Shown here: one piece after another, positions 1-9,241 of the stretch
How the letters are laid out: every line of letters starts with the position of its first letter
Position numbering within the stretch: the first letter of the stretch is position 1
Assembly: GCA_012274205.1 (NCBI GenBank)
Contig: JAAOZY010000130.1
Location: 1 to 32,823, forward strand
From: Betaproteobacteria bacterium
Lineage (GTDB): Bacteria; Pseudomonadota; Gammaproteobacteria; Burkholderiales; SG8-39
Direction: 5' to 3'
DNA length: 32,823 nucleotides
The notes under the pieces: generated by a model
The model's input: the letters and a program-made list of their open reading frames with translations, nothing else
Told to the model about the DNA's origin: nothing
Databases searched by the model: none
Position numbers and translations under genes: made by a program

Positions 1-294
1 GAGCGAGCCCACGCTGCCGAGCAGGATGGTGTAGCCGTCCGGCGCCGCGTGCGCGACCGCGTCGGTCGCGATGTTGCCGCCCGCGCCCGCCTTGTTCTCC
101 ACCACCACCTGCTGCCCCAGCCTTTCGCTGAGGCTCTTGGCGAGAATGCGCGCCACCGCATCGGTGCCCCCGCCCGGCGCAAATCCCACCACCATGGTAA
201 TGGTCCGGTTCGGGTAGGCGCTTTGCGCCTGCACGCTGCCGGCGGCACCCAAGGCCGCACACCAGGCGATCGCCGCGATTAATAGGGTTTTCAT
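1..294 (-). CDS. Bug/TctC family tripartite tricarboxylate transporter substrate-binding protein (N-terminal part; runs off window start)
   Basis: Not in the ORF track. Manual translation from ATG at 294 gives MKTLLIAAIAWCAALGAAGSVQAQSAYPNRTITMVVGFAPGGGTDAVARILAKSLSERLGQQVVVENKAGAGGNIA...APDGYTIL: signal peptide plus the GGGTD, VENKAGAGG and PDGYT motifs. GGAG lies upstream. Confidence 0.93.
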   Translation of the reverse strand, partial: MKTLLIAAIAWCAALGAAGSVQAQSAYPNRTITMVVGFAPGGGTDAVARILAKSLSERLGQQVVVENKAGAGGNIATDAVAHAAPDGYTILLGSVGSL

Positions 295-437
295 GCTGTC
301 TCCGCATTTCGGGCATTCCACGGAACGCGAGAAATTCGACGTCCCGGGGCAGCGCCGCACTCGCAATTGCGCAATCTACCTGATGCGACCAATACGGGCA
401 ATGCCGCGCCGGCTGCCGCCTCGAGTGCGCGCCGGGC

Positions 438-466
438 TTGACTATCGCCGCGGCGGCGTCTATGAA
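438..466 (+). promoter_or_regulatory. Putative sigma70 promoter for the candidate sRNA
   Basis: TTGACT (438-443), 17 nt spacer, TATGAA (461-466), in an AT-rich patch. The -10 box is imperfect. Confidence 0.5.
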
Positions 467-469
467 TAA

Positions 470-617
470 AGTGTGGCCACAGAAGGAGACGAATCGACTG
501 GATAGTCATTCTTGATTCCACCACAACGGGGCGTAAGCCCTTACCCCGCCGTAACTACGGCAGCGGCACTTCCAAAATGGGTGCCCACAAGCCCCGCGAG
601 AAGCGGGGCTTTCTTTT
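470..617 (+). ncRNA. Candidate structured small RNA (family not recognised)
   Basis: A promoter-like sequence upstream and a + strand intrinsic terminator downstream, with both flanking genes on the minus strand. Consecutive hairpins at 491-518, 527-548, 548-561 and 565-585. Confidence 0.55.
589..617 (+). terminator. Rho-independent terminator
   Basis: AAGCCCCGC-GAGAA-GCGGGGCTT stem-loop followed by TCTTTT. Confidence 0.85.
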
Positions 618-715
618 GGGTCCCCGCGAGAAGCGGGGCTTTCTTTCTAGGTCCACGCGAGAAACGGGGTTTTCTCTTTAGGTCCGCGCGCATGCGGGGC
701 TTGCGCTTGGGTCCC
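589..715 (+). repeat. Tandem array of four ~30 bp terminator-derived units, degenerating rightwards
   Basis: Units at 589-618, 619-649, 650-680 and 681-709, consensus GGTCCCCGCGAGAAGCGGGGCTTTCTTT, then a residual GGTCCC. Confidence 0.9.
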
Positions 716-749
716 GGCGCGTGCTGGGCCCTCTCCTCCCGGCGCCGGC

Positions 750-2402
750 TCAGGCGGGCGCAACGGCGTGTTCGCGCGTCTCGTGGAACACGAGCTTGGG
801 CCAGCGTTCCTGCGTAAGCTGGAGATTGACGCGGTTGGGGGCGAGGTAGGCGAGATTGCCGGCGGCATCGCGCGCGACATTGTGCCCGAGCGTTTTCTCG
901 AAATCGGCGAGCATGCGCCGGTCCTCGCCGGTGACCCAGCGCGCGCAGGTGATCGCGGTGCCCTCGAATACCGCGTCTACGCCGTATTCGCTCTGCAGCC
1001 GGCTCGCCACCACTTCGAACTGCAGCACGCCCACCGCGCCCAGGATCAGGTCCCCGCCCAGCGCGGGCTTATACACCTGCACCGCGCCTTCCTCGCCGAG
1101 CTGTTGCAGGCCCTTGTGCAGCTGCTTTACCTTGATCGGATTGCGGATGCGCACCGAGCGGAAAAAATCCGGGGCGAAATACGGAATGCCGGTGAACGAC
1201 AGCGCCTCACCCTCGGAAAAACTGTCGCCGATCTGCATTTGACCGTGGTTGGGCAGTCCGATGATGTCGCCGGCATAGGCCTCCTCGACCTGTTCGCGAT
1301 TCGAGGCCATGAACGTGACCACGTTGTTCACCTTGATGTCGCGCCCGATGCGCAAGTGCCTGATCTTCATGCCGCGCTCGAAGCGCCCCGAGCACACGCG
1401 CAGAAACGCAATGCGGTCGCGGTGCGCCGGATCCATATTGGCCTGAATCTTGAACACGAAGCCGGAAAAACGCGGTTCGTCCGGAGCGACCACACGCGTC
1501 GTGGCATCGCGTCCGCGCGGCCCCGGCGCCCAGTCGATCAGCGCGCTGAGGATCTCGCGTACGCCGAAATTGTTCACGGCGGAACCGAAAAACACCGGCG
1601 TCTGCCTGCCATCGAGGAATGCGACCGGATCGAACGGATGCAGCGCGCTGCGCACCAGCGCGACTTCGCTCTTGAGCTGTTCGATCTCGCGCGGAAACAT
1701 TTCTGCCAGGCGCGGGTTGTCGATGCCGGCGACGGTCTCGAATTCCTGGTCGGCGCGCTCCTCGCCGGCGGTGAACAGCAGGATCTCATCGCGCAGCAGG
1801 TGGTAGACCCCGCGAAAGGACTTGCCCATGCCGATCGGCCATGTCACCGGGGCGCACTGGATCTTCAGCACCGCCTCCACCTCTTCCACCAGCGCCACCG
1901 GATCCCGGGTTTCGCGATCCATCTTGTTCATGAAGGTCAGGATGGGGGTGCTGCGCATGCGGCACACGTTGAGCAGCTTGATCGTCTGTTCTTCCACGCC
2001 TTTGGCCGCGTCGATCACCATCAGCGCGGAATCGACCGCCGTGAGCACGCGGTAAGTGTCCTCGGAGAAATCCTGGTGTCCCGGGGTATCGAGCAGGTTG
2101 ACCACGCAGTCGCGGTATTCGAACTGCATCACCGAGCTCGCCACCGAAATCCCGCGCTGCTTCTCGATTTCCATCCAGTCCGAGGTTGCGTGCCGGCGGC
2201 TCTTGCGCGCCTTCACCGTGCCCGCAAGGTGGATGGCGCCGGAAAATAGCAGCAACTTTTCGGTCAGGGTGGTCTTGCCCGCGTCGGGGTGCGCGATGAT
2301 GCCGAAGGTGCGGCGGCGCGCCATTTCGCGTGCGATCCGCTCCGCCGGCGCGCGACCGGCGTCGGCGCCCTGGGGCGATGCATGCTCGGTCACGGCGGCC
2401 AT
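750..2402 (-). CDS. prfC: Peptide chain release factor 3
   Basis: [56 protein letters not shown]-terminal F-x-ETREH. Start trimmed to ATG 2402. Confidence 0.97.
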   Translation of the reverse strand: MAAVTEHASPQGADAGRAPAERIAREMARRRTFGIIAHPDAGKTTLTEKLLLFSGAIHLAGTVKARKSRRHATSDWMEIEKQRGISVASSVMQFEYRDCVVNLLDTPGHQDFSEDTYRVLTAVDSALMVIDAAKGVEEQTIKLLNVCRMRSTPILTFMNKMDRETRDPVALVEEVEAVLKIQCAPVTWPIGMGKSFRGVYHLLRDEILLFTAGEERADQEFETVAGIDNPRLAEMFPREIEQLKSEVALVRSALHPFDPVAFLDGRQTPVFFGSAVNNFGVREILSALIDWAPGPRGRDATTRVVAPDEPRFSGFVFKIQANMDPAHRDRIAFLRVCSGRFERGMKIRHLRIGRDIKVNNVVTFMASNREQVEEAYAGDIIGLPNHGQMQIGDSFSEGEALSFTGIPYFAPDFFRSVRIRNPIKVKQLHKGLQQLGEEGAVQVYKPALGGDLILGAVGVLQFEVVASRLQSEYGVDAVFEGTAITCARWVTGEDRRMLADFEKTLGHNVARDAAGNLAYLAPNRVNLQLTQERWPKLVFHETREHAVAPA

Positions 2403-2559
2403 GGACACAGATGTGCGAAAAGGGCGGCAGTCTACCGGCTCCGCGCGCAGAAGTCCATCGCCATCATCGCGCGCGACGCGGCCTCGACGCTGTCCCGTTG
2501 CCGCCTTTGGCCCGCGCGCCGGCGCCAGATCCGGACGGATTTCCGCTATGCTTCCGCGC

Positions 2560-3906
2560 ATGCCACGCCTGCTGCGCAACACACTGCTCTCGCTGCGCGA
2601 TCTGGTCGCGACGGCCGGGCCGTTCGTGTTGATCGCCCTGCTGTTGCTTGCCGCTGCCTATTACCTGCTCGATCCGGCTCCGCCCAAGCGCGTAGTGCTC
2701 GCAACCGGGCCTGAGCAAAGCGATTACGCCGAGTTCGGCAAGCGCTACGCGGACGAACTCAGGAGCTACGGCATCGAGGTCGTGCTCCGGCCCACGCAGG
2801 GTTCCGCGGAGAACAGGCGCCTGCTGCGCGATGCCACACAGGAGGTGGAGCTGGGTTTCGTGCGCGGCGGTTCCAGCGATGCCACGCGCGCCGCGGACGA
2901 AGACACGCGCGGCGTGCAGCTCGTGTCCCTGGGCAGCCTCTACCTCGAACCCGTGTGGCTGTTCTACCGCAGCGAAGCGGCGCAGAAGCTGAATCGCCAG
3001 GCGACGCTGACGCAGCTGGAGGACCTGCGCGGCTGGCGCGTCGACGTGGGCGCGCGCGGCAGCGGCGTGACCGGCCTGTTCGGCAAGCTGCTGCACGCCA
3101 ACGGCATCGAGCGCAGCAGCTTCACCGAGAGCCGCATGGAGCAGACGCCCGCGGTAGTGGCCCTGCTCGCCGGCGAGCTCGACGCGATGGTGCTCGCCGC
3201 GGCGCCCGAATCGCTGATGGTGCAGATGCTGCTGCAGACGCCCGGCGTGAAACCATTCGAGTTCGCGCAGGCGGAGGCGTATGCGCGCCGCCTTCCCTAC
3301 CTGCGCGCGGTGACGCTGCCACGCGGCGTGGTAAGCCTCGCGCGCGACCTGCCGGCGCACGACCTGCCGCTCATCGCCACGACCACCGCGCTGGTGGCGC
3401 GCGCGGACACCCATCCAGCGCTGCTGCAGCTGTTCGTGCAGGCGGCGCACAAGATCCACAGCGGCACCGGCTGGCTCGTGCACGCCGGTGAATTCCCCTC
3501 GCCGCAGAATACCGAGCTGCCGCTGGCCAGGGAAGCCGAGCGCTACTACCGCAACGGCGCGCCGCTGCTGCAGCGCTACCTGCCCTTCTGGCTGGCCAAC
3601 CTGATCGAGCGCATGTGGGTGGTGCTGGTGTCCATTATTGCGGTGCTGATCCCGCTCGCGCGCGTGGTGCCGCCGCTGTACGAATTCCGCATCCGCTCGC
3701 GCATCTTCCGCTGGTACCGCCAGCTGCGCGAGATCGAGGATGCGCTGCGCGAGAGTTCGGCGTCCAAAGCGGCGCTGCGCGACGCGCTCGACAAGCTCGA
3801 GGCCAAGGCGCAGAACGTGACGGTGCCCCTGTCCTACGCCGACCAGCTGTACTCCCTGCGCAGCCACATCCAGCTGGTGCGCGAGCGCCTGTCGTCCCCG
3901 GACTAA
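2560..3906 (+). CDS. TAXI-like solute-binding domain protein with N-terminal anchor and C-terminal TM helix plus cytoplasmic tail
   Basis: ATG-x4-Y start of the TAXI fold, [15 protein letters not shown]; hydrophobic segments at both ends; tail with WYRQL and LYSLRSHI. Start trimmed to ATG 2560. Confidence 0.8.
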   Translation: MPRLLRNTLLSLRDLVATAGPFVLIALLLLAAAYYLLDPAPPKRVVLATGPEQSDYAEFGKRYADELRSYGIEVVLRPTQGSAENRRLLRDATQEVELGFVRGGSSDATRAADEDTRGVQLVSLGSLYLEPVWLFYRSEAAQKLNRQATLTQLEDLRGWRVDVGARGSGVTGLFGKLLHANGIERSSFTESRMEQTPAVVALLAGELDAMVLAAAPESLMVQMLLQTPGVKPFEFAQAEAYARRLPYLRAVTLPRGVVSLARDLPAHDLPLIATTTALVARADTHPALLQLFVQAAHKIHSGTGWLVHAGEFPSPQNTELPLAREAERYYRNGAPLLQRYLPFWLANLIERMWVVLVSIIAVLIPLARVVPPLYEFRIRSRIFRWYRQLREIEDALRESSASKAALRDALDKLEAKAQNVTVPLSYADQLYSLRSHIQLVRERLSSPD

Positions 3907-3910
3907 CGCG

Positions 3911-5212
3911 TCAACCCATGCGCCCCGGCAGGTAGAGCGCGATCATGGGGAAGCTGATCAGGATCGCAAGCCGAATCAGGTCGGTGACCACGAACGGAAG
4001 CACACCGAGGAAGATGGTGGTGAAACTCACGTCCTTCACCACGCTCTTGATGACGAACACGTTCATGCCCACCGGCGGATGGATCAGCCCGAGTTCGACC
4101 GTCATGACGATGATGACGCCGAACCAGATGGGGTCGAAGCCAAGAGCCATGATCACCGGGAAAATGATCGGCACGGTCAGAATGATCATGGCCATCGCAT
4201 CCATCAGGCAGCCGAGCACCAGATACATCAGCATGATCAGCACCAGCACGCCGTAGCGCCCGAGCCCGAGACCGGTCAGAAACATGGTTACTTTCTGCGG
4301 CGTCTGCGTGACCGTGAGGAAATAGCCGAACAGGATCGCGCCGATCAGCACCGTGAACACCGCGGCGGAGGTGCGCGTGGCATCGAGCAGGGACTTGCGA
4401 ATCAGCGCGCGCGTCAAGCGCCGGCGCAGCACGCCGAGGACGAAGGCGCCCCCCGCACCCACGCCGCCCGCCTCGGTCGGGGTGAACAGGCCGCCGTACA
4501 GGCCGCCGATGACGAACGCGAACAACACCAGGGGCGCCCAGACGTCGCTCAGCCCCTTGAAACGCTGGGTCCAGGTGCTGGGCGTGCCGGCCGGAAGGAA
4601 CTTCGGCCGCACCAGGCCGATCAGCGCGACCGTGATCACGTACATCGACATAGCGAGCATGCCCGGCAGAATGCCGGCCGCAAACAGTTTCCCGATATCC
4701 TGCTGGGTGATGATGCCGTAGACGGCCAGCACGGTCGAAGGCGGCAGCATCGCGCCCAGCGTTCCGCCGGCCGCGATGACGCCCGTCGAAAACGTCTGCG
4801 GATAGCCATAGCGGCGCATTTCCGGATAGGCCACATTTGCGAACGTGGCCGCGGTCGCGACCGACGAGCCGCAGATCGCGGCAAAGCCGCCGCAGGCGAC
4901 AACGGTGGCGATGCCCAGGCCGCCCTTCAAATGCCCGACGAGCGTATTCGCTGCCCGGAACAGCTCGCGGCTGACGCCGGAATTCGACACGAACGCCCCC
5001 ATCAGTATGAACATCGGGATCACGCCGAAGGTGTAATCGGTCACCGTACGCATCGAGGTTTGCCCGACCAGCTTCAGCGCCGGGCCGGCACCGACCAGGT
5101 AGCTGTATCCGGTTACGCCGACCAGGCCCATCGCCATTCCCACCGGGACGCGCAACAGCATCAGCGCGAACAGGACGATGAAGCCGGTGATGGCGACTCC
5201 GTCCGTGCCCAT
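3911..5212 (-). CDS. TRAP transporter large permease (DctM family)
   Basis: GSSVATAA, AAGGTLGAMLPPS, FTPTEA, DPIWFG, HPPVGMNVF. Start ATG 5212 with GAGG upstream (alternative start 5230). Confidence 0.95.
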   Translation of the reverse strand: MGTDGVAITGFIVLFALMLLRVPVGMAMGLVGVTGYSYLVGAGPALKLVGQTSMRTVTDYTFGVIPMFILMGAFVSNSGVSRELFRAANTLVGHLKGGLGIATVVACGGFAAICGSSVATAATFANVAYPEMRRYGYPQTFSTGVIAAGGTLGAMLPPSTVLAVYGIITQQDIGKLFAAGILPGMLAMSMYVITVALIGLVRPKFLPAGTPSTWTQRFKGLSDVWAPLVLFAFVIGGLYGGLFTPTEAGGVGAGGAFVLGVLRRRLTRALIRKSLLDATRTSAAVFTVLIGAILFGYFLTVTQTPQKVTMFLTGLGLGRYGVLVLIMLMYLVLGCLMDAMAMIILTVPIIFPVIMALGFDPIWFGVIIVMTVELGLIHPPVGMNVFVIKSVVKDVSFTTIFLGVLPFVVTDLIRLAILISFPMIALYLPGRMG

Positions 5213-5222
5213 CACGAAGGCC

Positions 5223-5747
5223 TCACTCATCGGCTTCTGCCTGGTGCCTGGGCGCAACCAGGTCCGGATGAAATATCAGGCGATAAGTGCGTATCGCAAT
5301 CAGGACTACGGCGGACACGTCGCCGGCCCAGGCGACCGCGAAGAACGGCCAGGTCGGCAGGCCGAGATCGTAGGTCAGCACGTGGTCCGCGAACGTGCCG
5401 CGGACTTTGTCGAACAACATGACCGTCTGCACCGTCACCACGAACAGCAGCACCAGGGTTGCGAAAATGTCGATCAGGCGCTTGTACCTGGGGCCGACCG
5501 CCCCCCACACCAAATCGACCGTGATGTGCGTGCCGCGGTAACTCGTCGCCGCGATACCCCAGAATATGAGAATGCCGAGCAGCAGTCGTCCGAAATCATA
5601 GCCATCAGGAATGGACACGCTGAAAAAATAGCGCAGCAGGACCGAGATGAATATGTCGGCGGCGACGATTCCGACGAACACCGCCGCCAGCAGCTCGATC
5701 GAGTCGATCACCCGGTCCATGAAGTTGCGCTTCACGTGTCGCGGCAT
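5223..5747 (-). CDS. TRAP transporter small permease (DctQ family)
   Basis: Four TM segments, VLLRYFF and HITVD motifs, located between dctP-like and dctM-like genes. Confidence 0.92.
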   Translation of the reverse strand: MPRHVKRNFMDRVIDSIELLAAVFVGIVAADIFISVLLRYFFSVSIPDGYDFGRLLLGILIFWGIAATSYRGTHITVDLVWGAVGPRYKRLIDIFATLVLLFVVTVQTVMLFDKVRGTFADHVLTYDLGLPTWPFFAVAWAGDVSAVVLIAIRTYRLIFHPDLVAPRHQAEADE

Positions 5748-5793
5748 CGGTACTGACCGGCTGTCAGGTGAGGAGGGGTGGCTTCAAACACGA

Positions 5794-5829
5794 GCGGGCC
5801 CGGCCGACATCATGCTCGGCCGGGCCCGC
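5794..5829. terminator. Intercistronic 14-bp perfect stem-loop after the DctP gene (mRNA stabiliser or partial terminator)
   Basis: GCGGGCCCGGCCGA-8 nt-TCGGCCGGGCCCGC. Confidence 0.7.
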
Positions 5830-5849
5830 CTGAAAGCGGAAAATGCGGC

Positions 5850-6872
5850 TCAGAAGCCCGCTTTATATTTGGTCAGGGTTTGCTTCAGGCCGTCGAGCAC
5901 GGACTTCGGATCGTAGCCTTCCTTGCGCACGTCGTTTGCCCACTGAGCCTCGACCGGGGCGACCGCCTTGTGCCAGGCCGCCAGCTGCTCCGGCGTCAGC
6001 TTGTAGACCTCGTGGCCCGGCTCGGCGGCGAGCTTGGCGCGGCCGGCGAATTCGAAGTCGGCCCAGGGCGCGCCCACCTTCTGCGCCCACTCGGTGTTGC
6101 AGTGGGCGTCGATGACCTTTTTCTGCGCCGCGGACATGGCGTCGTACTTCGCCTTGTTCATGACCCAGACGAAAGGCGTCGTGTACAGCGGCACATCCAT
6201 GTGGAACTTAACCACCTTGTCGATGCCGAACAGCACCAGCGAGCCCCAGGGGAAGGTAATCGCGTCGGCGACGCGGCGTTCGAGCACATCGCGCGCCTCG
6301 GGCGCCGATGACTGCACGTTGGTGCCGCCGAGCAAGGTCACCATCTGGCCGATGGTACTCGTTGCCGGCCGTATCTTCATGCCGCGTATCTCGTCGGGCG
6401 AGACGATTTTCTTATGCGAATGCAAGGCACCCGGATCGTGCACGAAGGCGAAGCAGAAATGCACGTCTTTCATTTCCTTGGCCGCGTACTGGCGGTACCA
6501 GGCGTCGATGGCAGCGCTGCCGCTCTTGCCGTTGGAGAACAGGAAAGGCAGCGAAGCGCCGGCGATCACCGGGAAACGTCCGGGCTGGTAGCCCGGGTTG
6601 ACGTAGGCAAAATCGGCGATCCCGTCGCGCGCCATGTCATAGTGATCGAATGCCTTGCCCAGCTGCTCGGAGGGAAACAGGGCATAGCCGAGGGATCCGC
6701 CCGATGCTTTCTTGATGTCCTCGGCCCACACCTGCAATGCGGGGTTGAGCGGATGCTGCGGCGGGAGCCAGGTCGCAAGCTTCAGGTCGATGTGCTTGTC
6801 CTGCGCGACTGCATTTCCCATGCACAAGCCCAATGCGAGCGTGCACAGCCCTAACCAGCGTGCGCCTTTCAT
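5850..6872 (-). CDS. TRAP transporter substrate-binding protein (DctP family; possibly the aromatic/monocarboxylate-binding type)
   Basis: Signal peptide from ATG 6872 with a GAGGAGGAG RBS; FPSEQLG, GMKIRP, PGRFP motifs. Confidence 0.93.
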   Translation of the reverse strand: MKGARWLGLCTLALGLCMGNAVAQDKHIDLKLATWLPPQHPLNPALQVWAEDIKKASGGSLGYALFPSEQLGKAFDHYDMARDGIADFAYVNPGYQPGRFPVIAGASLPFLFSNGKSGSAAIDAWYRQYAAKEMKDVHFCFAFVHDPGALHSHKKIVSPDEIRGMKIRPATSTIGQMVTLLGGTNVQSSAPEARDVLERRVADAITFPWGSLVLFGIDKVVKFHMDVPLYTTPFVWVMNKAKYDAMSAAQKKVIDAHCNTEWAQKVGAPWADFEFAGRAKLAAEPGHEVYKLTPEQLAAWHKAVAPVEAQWANDVRKEGYDPKSVLDGLKQTLTKYKAGF

Positions 6873-7030
6873 AGTCTCCTCCTCAGGATATTCGAATGGA
6901 CATGAAGCCTCGCCGGGCTTCGCCGTCCCGTCGGATTGTATGTGAGCAAGGCATAGGATGCAATCTGGCGCAGCGCGGGGCCGCGCTGCGAACGCCGCAT
7001 CCATCCGCGATCTCCGTCGTGCCCTTACCT

Positions 7031-7036
7031 TATAAT
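7031..7036 (+). promoter_or_regulatory. -10 box directly before the FeoB-like start
   Basis: Perfect TATAAT in GC-rich DNA, 5 nt before ATG 7042. No clear -35 or SD sequence. Confidence 0.5.
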
Positions 7037-7041
7037 GATTC

Positions 7042-9120
7042 ATGCCCAAAACGGCGAATATCCGCGGCGAACGCCAGGCGCAACACGCCACCGTCCCCTT
7101 GCGTATGCCCTTGTTCCGCGGCGAACGGCGCCTGCGCATCGCCCTGGTCGGCATGCCCAACGCCGGCAAGAGCACGCTGTTCAATGCCGTGTCCAGCACC
7201 GCGCCTCACAGCGGCAGGCTTGCCGGCACGCAGCGCGCCTACGAAGAATGCACGGTGCAGATCGGCCTCGACGAAGCGAGCGTGATCGAGCTGCCGAGCA
7301 TCGCCTCGCTGCACCACCTGACTGCGGAGGACCTGCCGGCCTTGAAGTTTCTCCTGTGGGGAGACGAACGCCCGCCGATATCGGCGCATGAGCCCGGCGG
7401 CCCGCCGGCGCCATTCGCGCCGCCCGACCTGATCGTGCAGGTAGTCGATGCGACGCGCCTGGAGAGCCATCTGGAGTTGACGCTGGAGCTCGCGCAGCTG
7501 GGCCGGCCCATGCTCATGGCGCTGAACATGATGGACGAAGCCTGGAACAAGGGCCTGCATATCAACGTCAAGGCTCTGTCCAGGCTGCTGGGCATGCCGG
7601 TGGTGCCTACCGTGGCGCTGATGGGCCATGGCATCGCGGAACTGTTCACTACCGCTGTGGCCGCGGTGCGCGCCGCCAGCTGCCCGCTGCCGCAGCCGGC
7701 GAGCGCGCATATCCGAGAAAGCCTCCAGCCCCTGAGCCGCGCGCTGCAGCGCGAAGACCTGCACGCGGCGTTTCGCGTGCCGCATGCGCTGCTGCTGACG
7801 CAGGTGGCGGCGGGCGACCCCTACTTCCACGACGAGCTGTGCCAGCATTTCCCGCAGCTGCTGCCGCAGCTGCAACAGTTGCGCCAACAGGCTGCACTGC
7901 GCCTGCCGCGGCCGCTGGAGGACGAGCTGCATGCCGACCGCCACCACCGCGCCGCCACCCTGTTCGAGGCGAGCTCGCGCATGGGCGCGCCGCACGAGGG
8001 CCGCGGCTGGCGCTACTGGCTCGACGAACTGTTCCTGCATCCGCGATGGGGGCTGATCGGCAGCCTGGCGGTATTTGCCGCCGTGCTGTTCATGGTATTC
8101 GAAGTCAGCGCCTGGCTCGATTCCGTGACCTCGGCGCGCCTGGTCAACGCGCTCACCGGCTGGCAGCCCACCAGCACCGGCGGCGTGATCGGTCGCGCCG
8201 TGGCCGACGGGCTGGCCGGCCTGGTCGGCATCGTCATACCCTACATGCTGCCGCTGGTGCTGCTGCTGGTGGCGCTGGAAGAGGCGGGGGTAATGCAGCG
8301 CATCGCTTTCGTCGTCGACCGCGGCTTCCACCACATCGGCCTGCACGGCGGCGTCGCCGTGCCCTTTCTCACCGGCCTGGGCTGCAATGTCCCGGCCATT
8401 TCGGCCGCGGCAAAAGTCACCAGCGGCCGCGAGCGCGTGATCGCCTCCGTGCTGATCACCTTCCTGCCGTGCTCGGCGCGCTCGGCCATCATCCTCGCGC
8501 TGGCCGGAAAATACCTCGGCGCCACCGGCGTGTTCGCCCTGTTCGCACTGACCATCGCAGTGGTCGCGCTGATGGGACGTCTGCTCGCGCGCGACCGCCA
8601 CGATTTCGGTCCCGGGCAGGTGCAGGAAATCCCGCCGTATGCGCTGCCGCGCTGGCGCTCCGTGCTGACCGAGACCTGGGCGCGCACCGAGGACATACTC
8701 ACCATCGTCACCCCTCTGCTGATCGGAGGCAGCGTGGTGCTCGCCCTGCTGCACCACGTCGGCGCCGACGCTGCGATCAACGCGCTGTTCACGCCGGTTA
8801 CCGCATGGTGGCTGGGCCTGCCGGCGGTGCTGGGCGTCCCCATCCTGTTCGGCATCCTGCGCAAAGAACTGTCGCTGCTGATGATCTACCAGGCGCTCGG
8901 CACGTTCGAAGTCGACAGCCGCCTCGACTGGGTACAGATCACGACCTTTCTGCTGTTCCTGACGTTTTACATTCCCTGCATTTCCACGTTCGCCGTGATG
9001 CTGAAAACCATAGGCCGCAGGCAAGCGCTGATCTCGGTTTCGATGTCGGTGGGCGTGGCGCTGCTGGTCAGCGGCGCAATACGCCTGCTGCTGGAGGGCG
9101 CGCGCCTGCTTCCCCTGTAA
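7042..9120 (+). CDS. feoB: FeoB-like ferrous iron transporter with an atypical GTPase domain
   Basis: G1 GMPNAGKS and G4 NMMD present; membrane motifs LEEAGVM, GLGCNVPA, LPCSAR, FYIPCIST. G2 and G3 are divergent. Confidence 0.88.
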   Translation: MPKTANIRGERQAQHATVPLRMPLFRGERRLRIALVGMPNAGKSTLFNAVSSTAPHSGRLAGTQRAYEECTVQIGLDEASVIELPSIASLHHLTAEDLPALKFLLWGDERPPISAHEPGGPPAPFAPPDLIVQVVDATRLESHLELTLELAQLGRPMLMALNMMDEAWNKGLHINVKALSRLLGMPVVPTVALMGHGIAELFTTAVAAVRAASCPLPQPASAHIRESLQPLSRALQREDLHAAFRVPHALLLTQVAAGDPYFHDELCQHFPQLLPQLQQLRQQAALRLPRPLEDELHADRHHRAATLFEASSRMGAPHEGRGWRYWLDELFLHPRWGLIGSLAVFAAVLFMVFEVSAWLDSVTSARLVNALTGWQPTSTGGVIGRAVADGLAGLVGIVIPYMLPLVLLLVALEEAGVMQRIAFVVDRGFHHIGLHGGVAVPFLTGLGCNVPAISAAAKVTSGRERVIASVLITFLPCSARSAIILALAGKYLGATGVFALFALTIAVVALMGRLLARDRHDFGPGQVQEIPPYALPRWRSVLTETWARTEDILTIVTPLLIGGSVVLALLHHVGADAAINALFTPVTAWWLGLPAVLGVPILFGILRKELSLLMIYQALGTFEVDSRLDWVQITTFLLFLTFYIPCISTFAVMLKTIGRRQALISVSMSVGVALLVSGAIRLLLEGARLLPL

Positions 9121-9241
9121 CCGGCCCCTGGCGCCGCCCGGGACCGAGCGTGCATTTCGGCTGCTCGCCGATCGGCGCTTGCGTTTATACTCCGGCAGGA
9201 TCGCCGAAGCACGCCCATCCGCATCGAATAAGCAAACGTTC

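Noticed and set aside
517-533. TCCACCA followed by GGGGC, resembling the junction of a permuted two-piece tmRNA or a tRNA 3' end
   Set aside because: No T-arm (GTTCRA) before the CCA, and the downstream piece is only ~85 nt with no tag reading frame.
589-715. CRISPR array
   Set aside because: Units are contiguous with no unique spacers, look like terminators, and no cas genes are present.
462-817. Small ORFs over the candidate sRNA (17-codon ORF 462-515; listed ORF 512..817)
   Set aside because: The first ATG lies inside the putative -10 box with no RBS. The second is a translation of the repeat, crosses the terminators and overlaps prfC.
7031-7049. Fur box before feoB (ATAATGAT)
   Set aside because: Only one half-site matches; it is explained adequately as a -10 box.
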